DNA of 64,000 bases from Guillardia theta CCMP2712. Taxonomy: Eukaryota > Protista > Cryptophyta. The position numbers and the translations under genes are program-made. Location of the stretch: NCBI RefSeq assembly GCF_000315625.1, contig NW_005434659.1, positions 699,848 to 763,847 on the forward strand, written 5' to 3'. A model generated the notes under the pieces. That model was given only the letters and a program-made list of their open reading frames with translations, was not told where the DNA came from and ran no database searches. Below, piece by piece: positions 25,911 through 47,327 of this stretch (positions are counted from its first letter, which is position 1; each line of letters opens with the position of its first letter).

Positions 25911-28900
25911 TCATATTTGGATTGGATAGCTGCATAGATAGCGATTTCTGTTACTCGTCTGGTAATTCCCCCATTCCCCCTGGCTTCCCACAAACACACC
26001 ATACTCATACTGACTGTACCCGGAAGGTGGTACACCATTGACTCCCCAGAAGCTCGGAGATCCTCCGATGACCCAACGGTAGTCAAACGCTGATGCTGCT
26101 GGACTTCGAAGTCCGATCCACGGGTTAGACGCACCGACACCGAGACGAGATGTCACATCAAGGTATGTCCGACTATCCGGAAAGTACGCCAGATGTCCTT
26201 CTCTTCCTATCCCATTGCACCTCGACTCCGCGTCCCACCACGTCAGCCCACTCGTGTAGTAGACGTAGAGATAGTCGCCTGCCTGCATGCATGTGCCTCC
26301 GCTCCCCGTGACATCCGAGCATGACTGCACTGACGGAGATGTCATGCTGCAGTCAGCTGAGGTCGAGCTCGCGCATGGCATGGAGAGAGAGAAGTCCTTG
26401 AGCCCCCAGAACGTCTTGGCGCTCGAAGCTGACACCTCCCAGTAGTCGTAGTCTACTCGGATCATCGCCTCCACGTAGTCTTCCGTGTGATACACTCGCA
26501 CCGCACGCTCGATCAGCTCGTCGCCGTCGCTCTTCCCGCACTCAGACGGCCAGGACGCCATGGCTCCCGCCGTCTCGCTCCAGACCTCCTGGCGGTTCAC
26601 GTACAGACGCAGCGTCACCGGCTGCACCAGGTCGACGAGCAGCAGTCGCATCTTGACGTACACGAGGCCATGCTCGCACAAGCCCGTGAACGTCTTGCTC
26701 ACGCTCGCGTGCTCGCCCAGCACGTTGAGCCCTCCCAGCACTGAGCCGTATGCCCCGCAGCTCGAGGTCTTGTCCGCGCCCCTCCAGCCCATGCTGCCGT
26801 TGGTGCCGAAGTCTCCCTCCACCCACTCCATCCTCCTCGCGTAGGTGCCGCTGGGGCAGGGGCTGCAGCCTCCCTGCGAGGCGTTGAGGAAGTAACCTGC
26901 AGGAGCAAGACACGCCCGTCAGAGCTCGGCAGCGTCAGGCTCCAGCCGCGTCACCGGAGTCGCACATGCAGCTCGACCGATCCTGAGCTTGGAAGGAGGA
27001 CTGGCTGTGGGCGGGGCACGAGGAGCAGTTGCCTGTCTTGCCTGCGGGACGTGTGAGGGCTGCTGGTAGCGCTAGAGCGGGAGGGACGAGAGGCGGGAGG
27101 GAGCATACCGTACTGGTTGTTGGCGCACGTGCATCGACATACTCGGACGTTGTTGGCGTTGGCGGCGCTACAAGTGCCGGGCAAGCCATTGCGGTAGAAG
27201 GCTTGACCTGTGACGGGGTTGTAGGAGGGAGCGTCTGCGCTGTTGGTAACGACAATCTGGGAGACAGTGACACCCCAAGAAGAGAGAAGAGCAGACAAGA
27301 AATGTTGGGTGATAAAGGGCTGAGCCTCGTCTAGACACGCCAGGCTCCTCGACCCGCAGACAGCCGAGCATGAGGCTCCTGGCTGACTGCCAACGAATAT
27401 CTCTTGCTCGATCAGCTCGCACTGGTCGTGAGGGGACGTGACCTGCCTGCTGTACCCCGTCGCTCTCACGCCGAAGCCTGCATGACAGAAGCAGTCTTCG
27501 ATCGACCTGCTTCCAGCTCGCGACGAGCTGAAGGCAGGACAAGACGAGCAGTTCCCAGCTGACCCGTAGCTCCCTGCATCCACCTTGTCACACCCACATG
27601 TGGCTCGACGAGGCGAGCTCGCGAGCGTCACCCACCTGCCTCGCACATGCAGTCCTCCACCGACGAGCTCGCGAACGGCGAGAGGAGACCTGACGGGCAG
27701 GAGGAGCAGGAGGGCCCCTGATCCAGGTAGTAGCCTACGCGTCCGCTCCCCGTCAGCGCCAGCACGAGCAAGCTCAGGCCCTACCGCCGATGCACTGGCA
27801 CTGGTTGACCCAGGAGCTGCCGGTAGGCGACCAGGCGTTGGCGGGGCACGAGTCGCAGGAGCCCTGGGGGCCCCAGGGAGCGTCGGAGGAGTTGACGTAG
27901 AGGTACAGTCCTAGAGCAGCAGCAAGCAGCGTCAGATCCTTGTCCTCCCGCCCCTCGCAGGCCCGAGGCGGCTGAGGCGGGCTACCTTGATCGCAGGAGC
28001 AGTCGCGGATGGAGGAGCTGCCGGGCTGCGACTGAGAGTAGAAGGGACATGGGAAGCACTGGTCGGCTTGACCTGCGAGCGTCTCGAGCGTCAGGCGCGA
28101 GCACAAGCCAGCAGCAGTCGCTACCGTAGAAGTTCTCCAGGCACGGGGCCGAGCACACGCACACCCGGCTTGCTCCGAACATGCTCGCGTCGCAGGTTGA
28201 CTGATAGACCTGAGAGCGGAAGAAGCAGCCGAGGTCTGACACGTAGGGAGACATTGTATTGATGGCTGCGGTAGATGTGCCGCAGGAGACGTTGAGGGTG
28301 TGGTTGTAGGGGGCGGAGCTGCCAGCAGACAGCTTCTGCATGAAGTGACTCGACACGGCTCTCATCTCATCTGCCCGCAACGCTCCTCGCCAGATCGCTA
28401 CCTCGCTCAACGCCCAGTCCGAGCTCTCAAGGAAGTAGCCGTAGTCAGGTTGCCAGCCGATTTCGTTGATGGTGAGCTGAAGGCTGTCCGGCAGGCTCCC
28501 AGCTGATCGATCATACTCCACGCCGTTGAGGAAGAACTTGCCCTCCTGGTAGTTCTGCCCGCACAGCACCACCCACGCGTCTGCCGTCGCGCTCAGGTCC
28601 TGCTGGAGACTCCAAGAGCCGCTATAGTAGGCCTGTCCTCCTCCTGCGCTCCAGTGACCATGCACAAAATTGTCGTCTCTGCCTTGCAGGATTCTATTCC
28701 TCCTATCGCCGTTGTAGCGAGAGATGGAGCAGAGGGTGAAGACAGGGCCCGGGATGCTCATGGGGGGGAAGGAGACGACGTCATGGAAGGAGCCGTTGAC
28801 GTACTTGAGCTTGCCATCCGACATGACCCTCAGAGGCTCCTCGCTCTCGTCCCTCATCTCCCCGACTGAGATCCTCCACGTCGATCGCCCGTTGTAGCTG

Positions 28901-31526
28901 ATGCTGCTATAGTAGATGGCGATGGGTCCGACTTGACTTCCGACAGCTGTCAGAGGAGGAAGATCAATCCTACCGTTGAGCTGACTCAAAGGAGTCGTGG
29001 TGGAGAAAGGAAATACTATACCTCCATATCCGACTTTTGCTTGTTGAACTACGTTTGCCTTGTCAAAGCCCTCGATGGTTACGCTGACCGTTATCATCCT
29101 CGAGCTCTGCAGCTCGACCGGCATATCCACATAGAAGTTCTGAGTGATGTAACAACAAGTTCGCCCTGCGTTAGGACCTGACTGAGGTACAAGAGGAAAG
29201 TTGGTAGCCCCGTGCTCTACGTATCGTCGACGCTTCACGTGCCCGCTGCTTGCCGTCAGGTCCTGCAGTCCGTCTCCTCCGTGCTCGTGAGCTCCCGCGC
29301 TTACCCGCAAGTGAAGGCCCCCCGGCCTCTGCTGCGGCTCCGTCATCGCTCCTCGGATCCGTCGATCGGACGCGATGCTCGCCGCCCTCACGGCCGATCG
29401 CATCGCCTCCTCGTTGTCGATCTGGTTGATCGCCGAGCTCACGCACGTCTTCCCTTCTGCCGCGCAGGTCTGAGCGCATGACATGCCCGACGCTCCCAGC
29501 CTGAGCCAGCGCGACTGCTCCTCGACGTTGGAGAAGATGGGCGAGCAGCGGTCGGCAGCGCTCGAGATGGTCCCGGAGAAGCCTGCGGACAAGCCTCGTC
29601 AGCCGCCTGCGCATGAGAGGAGGCGCCTCCCGCCCCCTCACCGTACTCGCACTGGCAGTCCGTCACCCGCTGGCTTCCCGCCGCTGACGACGACCCGGGA
29701 GGGCACGCGCTGCAGCTGCTGTCTGCCGTCCCGTAGTAGCCGGGCGCGCACGAGCTGCAAGACGTCTGCCCGAGCCCGGAGGTGTAGAGGCCCGCGGGAC
29801 AGGCGACGCAGGAGCCCGAGGGCGACGCCGTGTCCAGGTAGAAGCCTGCGGCCCCGCACGAGGACGTCAGAGCGATGGCGACGCGAGCCTCTCTCTTCCT
29901 CACCCTCCTTGCACAAGCACTCGAAGCTCCCCTCCGTGTTGACGCACGTCCTCGCGGCATCGCACAAGCCTGTCTGCGTCACGCACTCGTCTTCGTCCTC
30001 GCACACGGTCCCGGACCCCACGTACCCTGACCCTCTCGCGTCAGCGTCGCTGCGGGTGGGGGCGAGGCAAGGAGGGGCTACCTGGCTTGCAGCTGCACTC
30101 GAAGCTCGAGTAGGTGTCGATGCAGCTCGCGTGGGTCGCGCAGTTGTCGGTGTGAGCGGCGCACTCGTTGATCAGGGTGTAGTTACAGCCCGACGCTCCC
30201 GTGCAGGCTTGGAAGGTCCTCGGCTTCGACCCCTCGCACATCCCCTCCCCCACCTCCACCCCGTCCGACCGCACGCACATCACCGACCGGTACTGCAAGC
30301 CAGCCCCGCAGGTGCTGGAGCATGCTTCCCAGGCGGAGGTGGTCCAGCGGTAGGAGCAGGAGGAGAAGTTGGCGCAGGGCTGCGCATGCCGTCAGTCGCA
30401 AGCTCGCTCGCTCATCCTCCAGCACCTCCTCCCCGACGGGAGCTGATCCCAAACACTTGGCTGCCTCGACGGTGACGCCGTCGCTCCTCCGGCATGAGAC
30501 GGGGCGACGGCGAAGGCCTTGGCCGCAGCCCGTGAGACACTCGCTGTAGGGGCCGACCTCCCACTCGTAGGAGCACTGGGAGAGGTTGAGGCAGGGAACC
30601 TCCGCCAGAGGCCTCGAGCGGTTGGAGCAGCGAACGTCCTCGACCTGCTCGAGGAGCTTCGAGATGCACGTGATGCTTCTCCTCGCCACTCCGCTGCCGC
30701 ACAGGCTGCTGCACTCGCTGAAGCTGCCGGCGCTCCACAGGTAGCCGGGCTCCAGGTAGTACTGGTCCAGCAGCTGCTGCACTTGCTGCTGGCTCACGCA
30801 CGACCCCCCGCATCCCCCCGAGCGGATCTCCTGCTGGAGGGCCTTGAGCTGGGCGAGGATGTTGGAGAGGGCCAGGTCGGGCTGGAAGGGTCCTTGCTGG
30901 AGGAGGCTGAGGGTCAGCGCACGAGGAGAGATCAGAGCTCAGGCAGCTGTTTGCCTGCGTGAGGAGGAGCTGCGAGTCAAGACCCCACGGGAGGAAGACT
31001 TCCTGCACCTCGTCGAAGACGAAGCACATGGCGTCTCCTGCCTGCTGCACACAGCGGTTGTCGTAGTCGCAGACCCAGACCTCGTACCTGGCAGCAAGCA
31101 TGTCAGCCTCTGCTGATGCGCTAGAGGAGGAGAGAACCTGTCCATCTGCATGAGGTGGCCCAGGCCTCCGATCTGAACTCTTCCCTCGTCCTCTTTGTTG
31201 ACGATCTGAGACCAGTTGTAGGGGAGGGAGCAGCGAACTACGCTGGAGGTGAGGTTACCCCAGGGAAGCTGCGGCGAGGAGGCGACAGAGGCGTTGAGGC
31301 TTCGAAGCTCCTCGAGGGTAGCGGAGAGGCTCTGCTTGATGCTGCGGATCTCCCACTCGAGGGCTGCCAGAGCATGCCGATCAACGTCACTTGTGGGGGA
31401 AGACGAGGCAAGGGGAGGAGAGAAGGACAAGAGGAGCAGGGGAACCAGCAAGCTGGTCGAGAGCACGAGGGACGAGGATCGGACGTGGTCGAGCATGACT
31501 GCGCTGCTGCTGTCGAACCCCTGCAT
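25911..31526 (-). CDS. Large secreted multidomain protein: signal peptide, 3x TSP1, 2x Ca-EGF, GCC2/GCC3 Cys repeats, LamG-like domain, C-terminal C-type lectin
   Basis: Hydrophobic leader LLVPLLLLSFSPPLAS; WSAGSFSECSSLCGSGVARRSITC; DEDECVTQTGLC..CVNTEGSFEC; CSACPPGSSS..DCQC; SDWALSEVAIWRGAL; LTWWDAESRC..HLA..WIGL..YLC. Confidence 0.8.
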
Positions 31527-32547
31527 GATGACCCTACCCCCTTGTAATGATCATGATCCTCACCCCACCCCCCTCTCTCGCCTCCTACACCCTATTGTTC
31601 TTCTGTTGACCCCTCCATATGACTCTCTTTTGACCCCTTTGGCGACCCTTCTGGTTCCCTTCTCACCCACCCCTTCATCGTCCACTTACAAGGGATCACT
31701 AGGTCTATCCTTTGCAAGATTCGATGACCCCTTCCCTGGAGCGTCCAGCAAGGCCGTGGGGCTACTGGGGTGGCAGGCTAAGGGGGTGGTGCATGCAGGG
31801 TGAATGGGTCACAAGATTGCAACTCATCTCGGGGGGTAAAGGTGGGGTGGTTAGCAGTCAATCAGGGGGTAAACCTGTCCAGCTGCGTATCATCACATCC
31901 CCCACAAATATCTTTCCAAGTACCCACCCCTTATAGGTCAAAAGAAGGGGTAGCTGCGGACACTTGTTGAGTAAAGATTTGAGTACTAACAAGCCTGCTT
32001 GAAGCAATCCTTTCTTGATGGAGTTGCAACCGGATCCGTCTCTGAGTTCAGGTCTGCGGTATAGAATGTGCAGTGAACTTGTAACAATGTCAGGTCACCA
32101 TGATAACGATTGGTGGAAGGTGTGCATGTATGAATCGAAACCACCATTCCTTGGTTGAAACACATTTGTCGATGTCTGCTTGGATAGCTTGCATTTCCCG
32201 GAATAACATTTTCGGGTCTCATGCACTTTGCGGCCTTCTTCCAAACCAAAGTAGTTTGCTTTGTCATGACAATGATTGCATTTCTCTGAAAGGAAAATTT
32301 CAAAATGTGATCCTCCTGCCAACCATCGGTTTCGGAGTTTTATGCATTCGTCGATGATAGTTTCCAATATCTCGACCACATGCCGGGTATATGTGACATA
32401 TAGCAAGCTCCATGAAGTTCCTCATCATCGGATACAGTCTCCATCGTTGCTGAAACAAATTCAGTCGCCATAACAAGTATTTTCATTAAACAACGTATTC
32501 GAAAAAATAGCCGCGGTATTAGGCTAGAGTCGGCCCTCAGCTACAAG

Positions 32548-40417
<7,870 letters not shown>

Positions 40418-40916
40418 CGCCCTATCGCCATGCCCATTACTAGATTCAACGGCTTGTCAAAATGAGTCAGGAAATCTAGCTAGCTACTAGCTAGGTCTGT
40501 TTCTTGAGCTGAACTTGGGAGGATAAAACATTCCTCATGTCAGTTGTAAAGCAATGATACAAAAGTTCCTGTCACCACGGACACACTGTGAAGGTTGAAA
40601 GGTGAGCCATATGAGGGTTGAAAGGTAAAGGTTCAAAGTATGTGTGTTTAGTTGACCGCATACCAAGGGTTCAAGTACAACTTGATTGCAAGTTGAGCTC
40701 TACAGGAAGCGGGAGGAGCAGAAAGGAAATCTTGATGTAATCCCAAGCATGCCATGATGTTCAATGACGGCTGGTTCAGGTGACAACCGAATGAGGGCAA
40801 ACATCATCACCGACGAGATTGAATTCCAGCCATTGTCACAGCACAATGATCCGAGTGGATCAGGTTTGAAAGTGTTGTTCATGCATTATCTCATAAGAAT
40901 ATACTGAGGGGTGTTG

Positions 40917-41920
40917 TCAACCCTCGTAAACATGCTTCTTCGTGTAAGGCTCGTGAGGTTTGACATACGAGGCTCTGCCCCGGATAACAGGAATCTTGAA
41001 CATCGGGATGGCGGGGTTGAAGCCGATGTCTTCACGGATGAAGACAGAATTTGAAGAGAGCGCAGGATTGTTCAAGTCCTTCAGCTGGAAGGGAGCAAGT
41101 TAGTCAGGAGCAGGAGGAGGGGGTCGGAGACATACCTCGGAGATTCGGAAAGCGTTCCTGCTGAGGGCCTTTGCTGTGTTGAGGAAGATCTCGCTATCTC
41201 GAAACTTCTTCAACCGTATGCTCTGCTGTAACGTCTCCTCGTAGAAGCTGAATGCTTTCTTCGGCAATCTCACTTTGTTGACAATGTCTGGAAATGTCTT
41301 CTTCCGCTCTTTCAGCTTCTCGCTCCTCTCGCTGTGAACAATTTCCTGCAACTTCTTGAAGTTGTAAAACCCATCGCTGTCCAGACAGGGTGACAGCAAT
41401 TCTTCAATCTCTTCCTTGGTATAGTTCGGGATGGTCTTGAGTTTGTCATCAGCCTGCGACAGGATCTCCTCCTGCTCCGATGGCTTGAGCACAGCATCCC
41501 CAACGTAAACTTTCAGGACATCCTCCCGTATCATCTCATCGATCATGTCAGACAGCTCTTGTTCTGTTACAATGTGTTGGCCCTTGTACCCTGCTCGGAG
41601 GCTCATCCATCCATCCCGTACCCGCACCAGAGTTGGCCCGTACTCAGCGAATATATACAGTCGGGCGGTTGACTTGGAATGGTAGAACCCACTTGGGAAC
41701 AGAAACTGAAGCAGCTCACTCGGATCTACCTTGTCACTTGTTGCGCTCTTCTGTTTGGGCTCGGGGAGCGGAAGGCTGGCAAGCCCCGAAAACTTCAAAC
41801 CTGTTACCTTCTTCCGCATGGCGACACGAGCTGCAACTGAAACTCTCAAAAGTTTGTTGGCCTTCTACCGGAGGATCTCCAAACAACGGGAGGACGGACC
41901 TTCAACCCGTTCTCTTCTTC
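40917..41920 (-). CDS. Hypothetical protein with a possible degenerate EF-hand
   Basis: ORF 41100..41849 reads as a natural globular protein (..EIEELLSPCLDSDGFYNF..) and splices to a last exon LKDLNNP..HVYEG*. The 5' end is unresolved. Confidence 0.65.
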
Positions 41921-42149
41921 TTCTAGCTCTCTCACCTCCCACCTCCTTCCATCTCCCTCACTCGCCCTTCCTCGTCCTCCCTTTCGCCTCCCCTGGCCTC
42001 TTTCCCCATGGCTACAATGTCAGTTGGCAACGACATCACCAGGGGCAGCGATTTTCCTTCTAGCAGTGGTTTTTTCTGCCTTTTTTCCTGCGCCGAGCCC
42101 GCCGCCGGGCACTGACTGTACAACTGATCAGTGCCACAGCTGCTGATCA

Positions 42150-43174
42150 CAGACAAAACCGTGAACAGGGACGGACTTTCAACCTCGGGCCTTCATCCCG
42201 TTCTCTTCTCCACCATATGATCGGTGACTGGGGGAGCTCAGCGGCCAGGAGAGGACGAGGAAGGGTGAAGATTGATTCGTCACACGAGTTTATCGTGAGC
42301 CTACAGCAGCCGGTATCGGCCAACTTGTACAGTGAGTGGCGAGATTTTATTCGGAGGATAGTGTAATCTACAGAGAAGAAGGAGCTAGCAACGTAGCTGC
42401 AGACTACCGACCAATTATCGCCAATCTTCTCCCCCATCCTCCATCCACATCAATAGAAAGTTGAATGACGTCAGTAGCCGTCGCTTGACAAGAGACCTGG
42501 GCTACTTGGAAACCTCTGCCTTCCCCTTCGTTCGTCGACGGTCCGAAGAAAGGCATGCTCTTGGCCATGAATCCTGGTTGCATGGCTGTAGTGCCCTTCT
42601 TGAACTTGCAATTGAATCGAACAGATATCACCCCCTGATCGGAGTGTGACAAGGAAAACTTGAAATAAATATTTCTAGCACACCTTCTGTGGTCTTCCAC
42701 CCGCCAAAATGTAAGTCACACCTTCTGCACGCCCCATTTCACTTGTGCTCTTTGTGTTCTTGTTCAGCTCTGCAATGGCTCTGTTTACCACGTTCAAACA
42801 TTCGTTTTGCTCCTGCGCTGTGGGGAATTGTTGAATCACCTACGAAAGCGCAAACAAGGTCATCTTTCAGCAGACAAGACACGATTTCTAAACCAGATTC
42901 GGAATAGGAGTATGCGGAAGTTACCTGAGGAGCGACATCAAGCTTCATCTTCAAAGCGTTTGTCCTTCCACTCCTTGATCTGCAAGAGTGTCTGCCCGAT
43001 GCAATACTCAGGGAGCCCTAGAGGAGAATCACAGTCATATAACTCTTACCCCAAGTTCTGTCGCATTCCTGCAGAGAGAGTAGTTGTTGGAAGAGTGAAG
43101 CTCAAGGCATGATCGAACATGATCATCGCTACACTCGCTATCAAGCACACTCTGCTGAATACGCTTGTCCCCAT
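42150..43174 (-). CDS. Small multi-exon protein with a plastid-type bipartite leader
   Basis: MGTSVFSRVCLIASVAMIMFDHALS|FTLPTTTLSAG: signal peptide with +1 Phe, then an S/R-rich transit-like exon (GSLSIASGRHSCRSRSGRTNALKM). The 3' end is uncertain. Confidence 0.6.
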
Positions 43175-43224
43175 CGCGTATCCCAACATCACAGAGTCAC
43201 CGTCTAGCGGACAATTCATATGCA

Positions 43225-43660
43225 GGGGTCGGGATACCCACGGTGGGTCATTGGATAGTAAAACTGGGGGTACTTGATGGTCGAATCAGGGTTTTTGATT
43301 TGATGGGGTGGGTTCTTCCCCTCGTGTAGGTACCCTACCCCTGTGACCACCTTAGTAATGTACTACCCTAGTGAGGCAAGAGCATGTTTTCCGGTACAAA
43401 TTCTGTATCTATACCCCTGTCTTTTCAAGTACCCTACCACAATAATGTACACTTCCCCTATCCCGGGATACCCTGCACTTGACCCCGGCCACCACATCTA
43501 GTACCCCCTTCTACGGAAAAGTACCCTAGTCAATTTATGTATACCCACCTTTTTACTTATAAAGTACCCTCCAAACTTCTATGATTCTCCTGCCTTGATC
43601 TACCTCCACCTCACCAAAGTCCTACCCTACCCCCTTTCTCACTACCCACCCTCCTCTACC
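43225..43660. promoter_or_regulatory. Divergent promoter region dense in TACCC/GGGTA/ACCCC words (one example of a motif cluster recurring upstream of most genes)
   Basis: More than ten TACCC/GGGT copies between two head-to-head start codons (43174 and 43685). Confidence 0.45.
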
Positions 43661-43684
43661 TGACATACGCTCGCTCACTCCGCC

Positions 43685-44383
43685 ATGCGGCCGGCCAATG
43701 TGCTGACGGCGGCAGCAAGCTTATGTGTGCTGATGATGGCACATGCTACTCCGCTCACTCATCATGCTCTGATCCATACGCCCGTCCTTCCCCGCCTTCC
43801 TCTCTCCTGGATCTCTCCGTCAAGCGAACCAGCGCACACTAGCCTCATACGTGCGAAAGAGGGGCTCATGGTAGCGCTCCGTGCCAAGGCAGAAGCAGTG
43901 AAGAGTGCGGAAGAGATTCAAGCGGAGAAGATCAGGAAGATTGCCCGCAGCGTCGATCAAGTTCTAGGATCTGTGATAACTGGGTTCATTGGCCCCTGGG
44001 TCATCGGCTGGATCTTTGGTACGATGACAGGCTTCAAAGGAAACGGATTCAAGGGAGCAATGAGCAACGGATTCTCCACAGGGACAGCATGGGGCTCAAT
44101 GAGTGCAGCTTTTTGTGGCGTTGAGGTGCTTGCACGCGAGATCAGAGGCAAGACTGACAAATGGAACAACATGATGGGAGCCTGCTCTGCAGGTGTGGTT
44201 GGTAACTGCGGCAAAGGAGTTGGCGCAATGGCTTCGGGTTGCGTGAATTTTGCTGTAATGTCGTACATCATTGATCTTTTCATCGACAAGAAGCAAGATC
44301 CGTTCGAAGAATATGCAAAAAATCCTAATTCGCAGGAGAAGGATCTGTTGCGAGCACAAAATACAAACAAGAAAGCTGAGTAA
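43685..44383 (+). CDS. Tim17/Tim22/Tim23 (PRAT) family membrane protein with N-terminal signal-peptide-like leader
   Basis: Intronless. GxxxG-rich helices and the PRAT signature WGSMSAAFCGVEVLAREIRGKTDKWNNMMGACSAG. Confidence 0.85.
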   Translation: MRPANVLTAAASLCVLMMAHATPLTHHALIHTPVLPRLPLSWISPSSEPAHTSLIRAKEGLMVALRAKAEAVKSAEEIQAEKIRKIARSVDQVLGSVITGFIGPWVIGWIFGTMTGFKGNGFKGAMSNGFSTGTAWGSMSAAFCGVEVLAREIRGKTDKWNNMMGACSAGVVGNCGKGVGAMASGCVNFAVMSYIIDLFIDKKQDPFEEYAKNPNSQEKDLLRAQNTNKKAE

Positions 44384-44879
44384 TGCGAACATATCCTTGC
44401 AAGGCCCCAAGAAGCGTTTCTTGGTTTTACTGCTCTTGCATGGATATTACGTCCTTGGATCTAGGATGATGCACAAGACAAGAAACGGCCACATTGTTTG
44501 TTCGAGCCGGAGTCCATCACTTTGTTTTTGGAAGCATGCAAGGTTCATCAGGATTTTTTTCTGGTTTGTTGGATGTTATCAGTTCAGACCAGCAGAACTT
44601 GAATCCAAGAAGTAGCTGCTGTTTTACATCATGCCGCAAGACTTTAATCCCTTCTTGTTTACCAAACTCGCAGCCATGGGCCATCGACCGTGGACCTGAA
44701 GTTGAGATCCGTGTGACCTGTTGTACCCCAACGAGAATCTTGTGTTATGGGCGGGTGCTTACAAAACTTGTTTACAAATCTAATGCAACATGGGTTCATA
44801 AAATAAAAAGTTGGCTGGACCGTGTTGCTGTTCTTCTTCTTGAAATTAGAATGTTCATCTGGTTTGTCCTGCAGTGTAG

Positions 44880-45690
44880 TTTGACATCCGTATCCCCTTC
44901 ATTCCATGTTACTCACAGTCAATCTCACATGTGATCCACCTCCCTCCTTACCACCAATCCGTTCTCGCTAACTGCTTCCTACCCATCCTCTCCCTCTGCA
45001 TACCTGAGGAAGCGGATGTGTCCATTTCGCTCCTTGACTGAGGGCTTGTTGAGGGTTCTCTTTCATGCTCCATTTCCTCTGAAGCTCCACATATACCAGC
45101 TGCGAGAGCTCACTCCTCTGCAGCCCCAGCCGCACAGTCGTTCCTTCTTGACCCAGTATAAGCGGAGCCAGTTGGCTGACTGGCCTGGGATCATGAGGTA
45201 AGAGTAGACAGTACCCAGCCCTCACTCCAGGAACCTCCTATATACGAAATGTCCGTCGATCTCGTGGAGAACATCTCCAATCTGCATCGAAACGGCTCAC
45301 TGTCTAACTGACAGCCGGCATTATCACCTGCACACTCCCTGACAACTCTGCTGGTCCTCCCACTGCAAGAGACTTGACATGGAGAGCACCGGTTGAATCT
45401 GGCTGAAACACTATCCCTACTCCGACATGCTTTGCAGCTGTGGTCAGTCTAACCAGTAGAAACAAAATGGTGAAACCTTTCCAGTTTGACGAGGAGCTAA
45501 GACTTGAATGGACGTGTCTCCTGCGTACCTGAGTAAAAAATGAGTAATGTATTGTTGTAATTTCCACATGGAATTCCAAGTTTTAGAAACAACTTGTGCC
45601 CAACACGATACGTTCCCACAAACCCGCAATCAATGATAGGCCCACAGGTCATTAGAGGTACACTGGTATGAAGGTTTTCAGACATAGAAT
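44880..45690 (-). CDS. Small PDZ-domain protein
   Basis: HVGVGIVFQPDSTGALHVKSLAVGGPAELSGSVQ|IGDVLHEIDG..|PVSQLAPLILGQEGTTVRLGLQR. Both ends are approximate. Confidence 0.8.
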
Positions 45691-47327
45691 CACAGTCCTT
45701 CCGAGTCCGGGAAGGTCCGATTTCAAGAAAAGCATTTTTTCTTGAATCGGATGAAAAACACTCACTCTGCGCCATGCTTGGGCACGTCTCTCGACCCGCA
45801 GCAATCAAGCATCTTGAGAAGACTCAGAAACCAAGAGGATGACCACGAAAGAATTCAGAAAGCAGCAAAAACATACCATATGGATAAAAAGATTATGACG
45901 ACGGCGGCGCCGAGTGGATCGGATCAGAGGGACCTGAAAGGACGAGCAGGGGATGATGACACTGAAGCAGGAGAATCTGAGAGTTCAAGTAGGAGGAGCC
46001 AGGGGCAACGATCACACGCAAGTCTCTCAGTCACGTTGCTACGGTATCAGTGCAGGCGAGGACGCAAGACTGTGACTGGTTCAGGAGGCGTCAAAACTTG
46101 ACTCAAGCTTTGATTTGCTGAAACCGGGACCGTTACAGTGAGACAATAGCCAAATAACGGACCGGGCCGCCCGGCCCGTCGGGTGACAGAGCCTTCCAGT
46201 CAGGTGACCCTGCTGAAGCTGATGAGGGGATGAGGGCCTCGGATCCGAGTCACCAGATCTAGTACTACCGGTGGATTTATCTAGAATGACACGGGTGATA
46301 CTATGATATGTATGGGGTGGTGTTGTTTTGCAGGTGCAACTCTATGACATCTGATAGGGGGTAAGGGTAGCTTCTTCTTACAAAGTACCCCCTCTTTTGA
46401 TAAAAAATTCTGTTATTGGACTAGGGGTACTTCAAAAAGATACCTGTCAAAGAAGGGTAGGGTACATAGCCCTGATCCCAGAAGTACCCTACCCCTGATC
46501 CGGATGGAACCCTATTGTGATGTACTATGGAGGGTGGGGTCATGACTTTCGGGGGGTGGTCTTCGTTCCATTTGTAGTGATTTGTAGAGGGAAAAGGGGG
46601 TGGGTGATTCGTAGGGGGTGGGGTAGGTTGGACAAGTGGGTTGGCCTCCGGTTCTATTCGATTCCAGAGGATTTGTGAAGGCCAAAAAAGAGAAAGAAAA
46701 AGAAAAAAGAAGACAGGATGGGGTATGAAGAAAGGAACATGCGTACAAGAAGGAGAGAGAGAGAAGAAGAAGAAGCGAGCTCGACTAGGCAGAGATGTCA
46801 AGAGGGAGAGGGATATCAAGAAAAACATAGATACAATCACCTAGAGATCATGGAAGGCAAGGAACGCAACAGAAAGTATGAAGGGCGGGGATAGCGGGAA
46901 CGAGCAAACGAGACAGGATCACAAGATCCAAGTATTCAAAATGATGGAGAACCAGGAGGCATGCAACCGAACATCAAAGAAATATACCAGAGGTGGTGGG
47001 ACGTAAGAAAGATAGTTCTAAGAAAGCGAAGGTGAATTCTACGGGGTTCATCACAATTTCAGGGGATCAGGCTATTCAAGGTAAACTGGAAGTTCTAGAG
47101 CTCATAAGTAGGGTGAGGGGCAAGGTCTCGATGGCTAGTCGAGATTCTCGGAATGTTTGTAGACTTGTTGTGCATTTGTTCCATGTTTGTGTTGTTGCGC
47201 CCCACTCCTCCGACGGTGGGCGCAAATCATGTTTCCACCTCTATTCCCACATTACTCAGCTGTTTTTTGAGCACTTTCTGTTTAATCCTTCGATTTTGAT
47301 CCCATCTCTTCAGGACTGTTCTACAGA

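Noticed and set aside
29483-30475. 330-aa + strand ORF and other long antisense ORFs
   Set aside because: GC-rich shadows of well-supported opposite-strand genes
40590-40640. Short AGGTTGAAAGGT direct repeats
   Set aside because: Only two or three degenerate copies; too little to call an element
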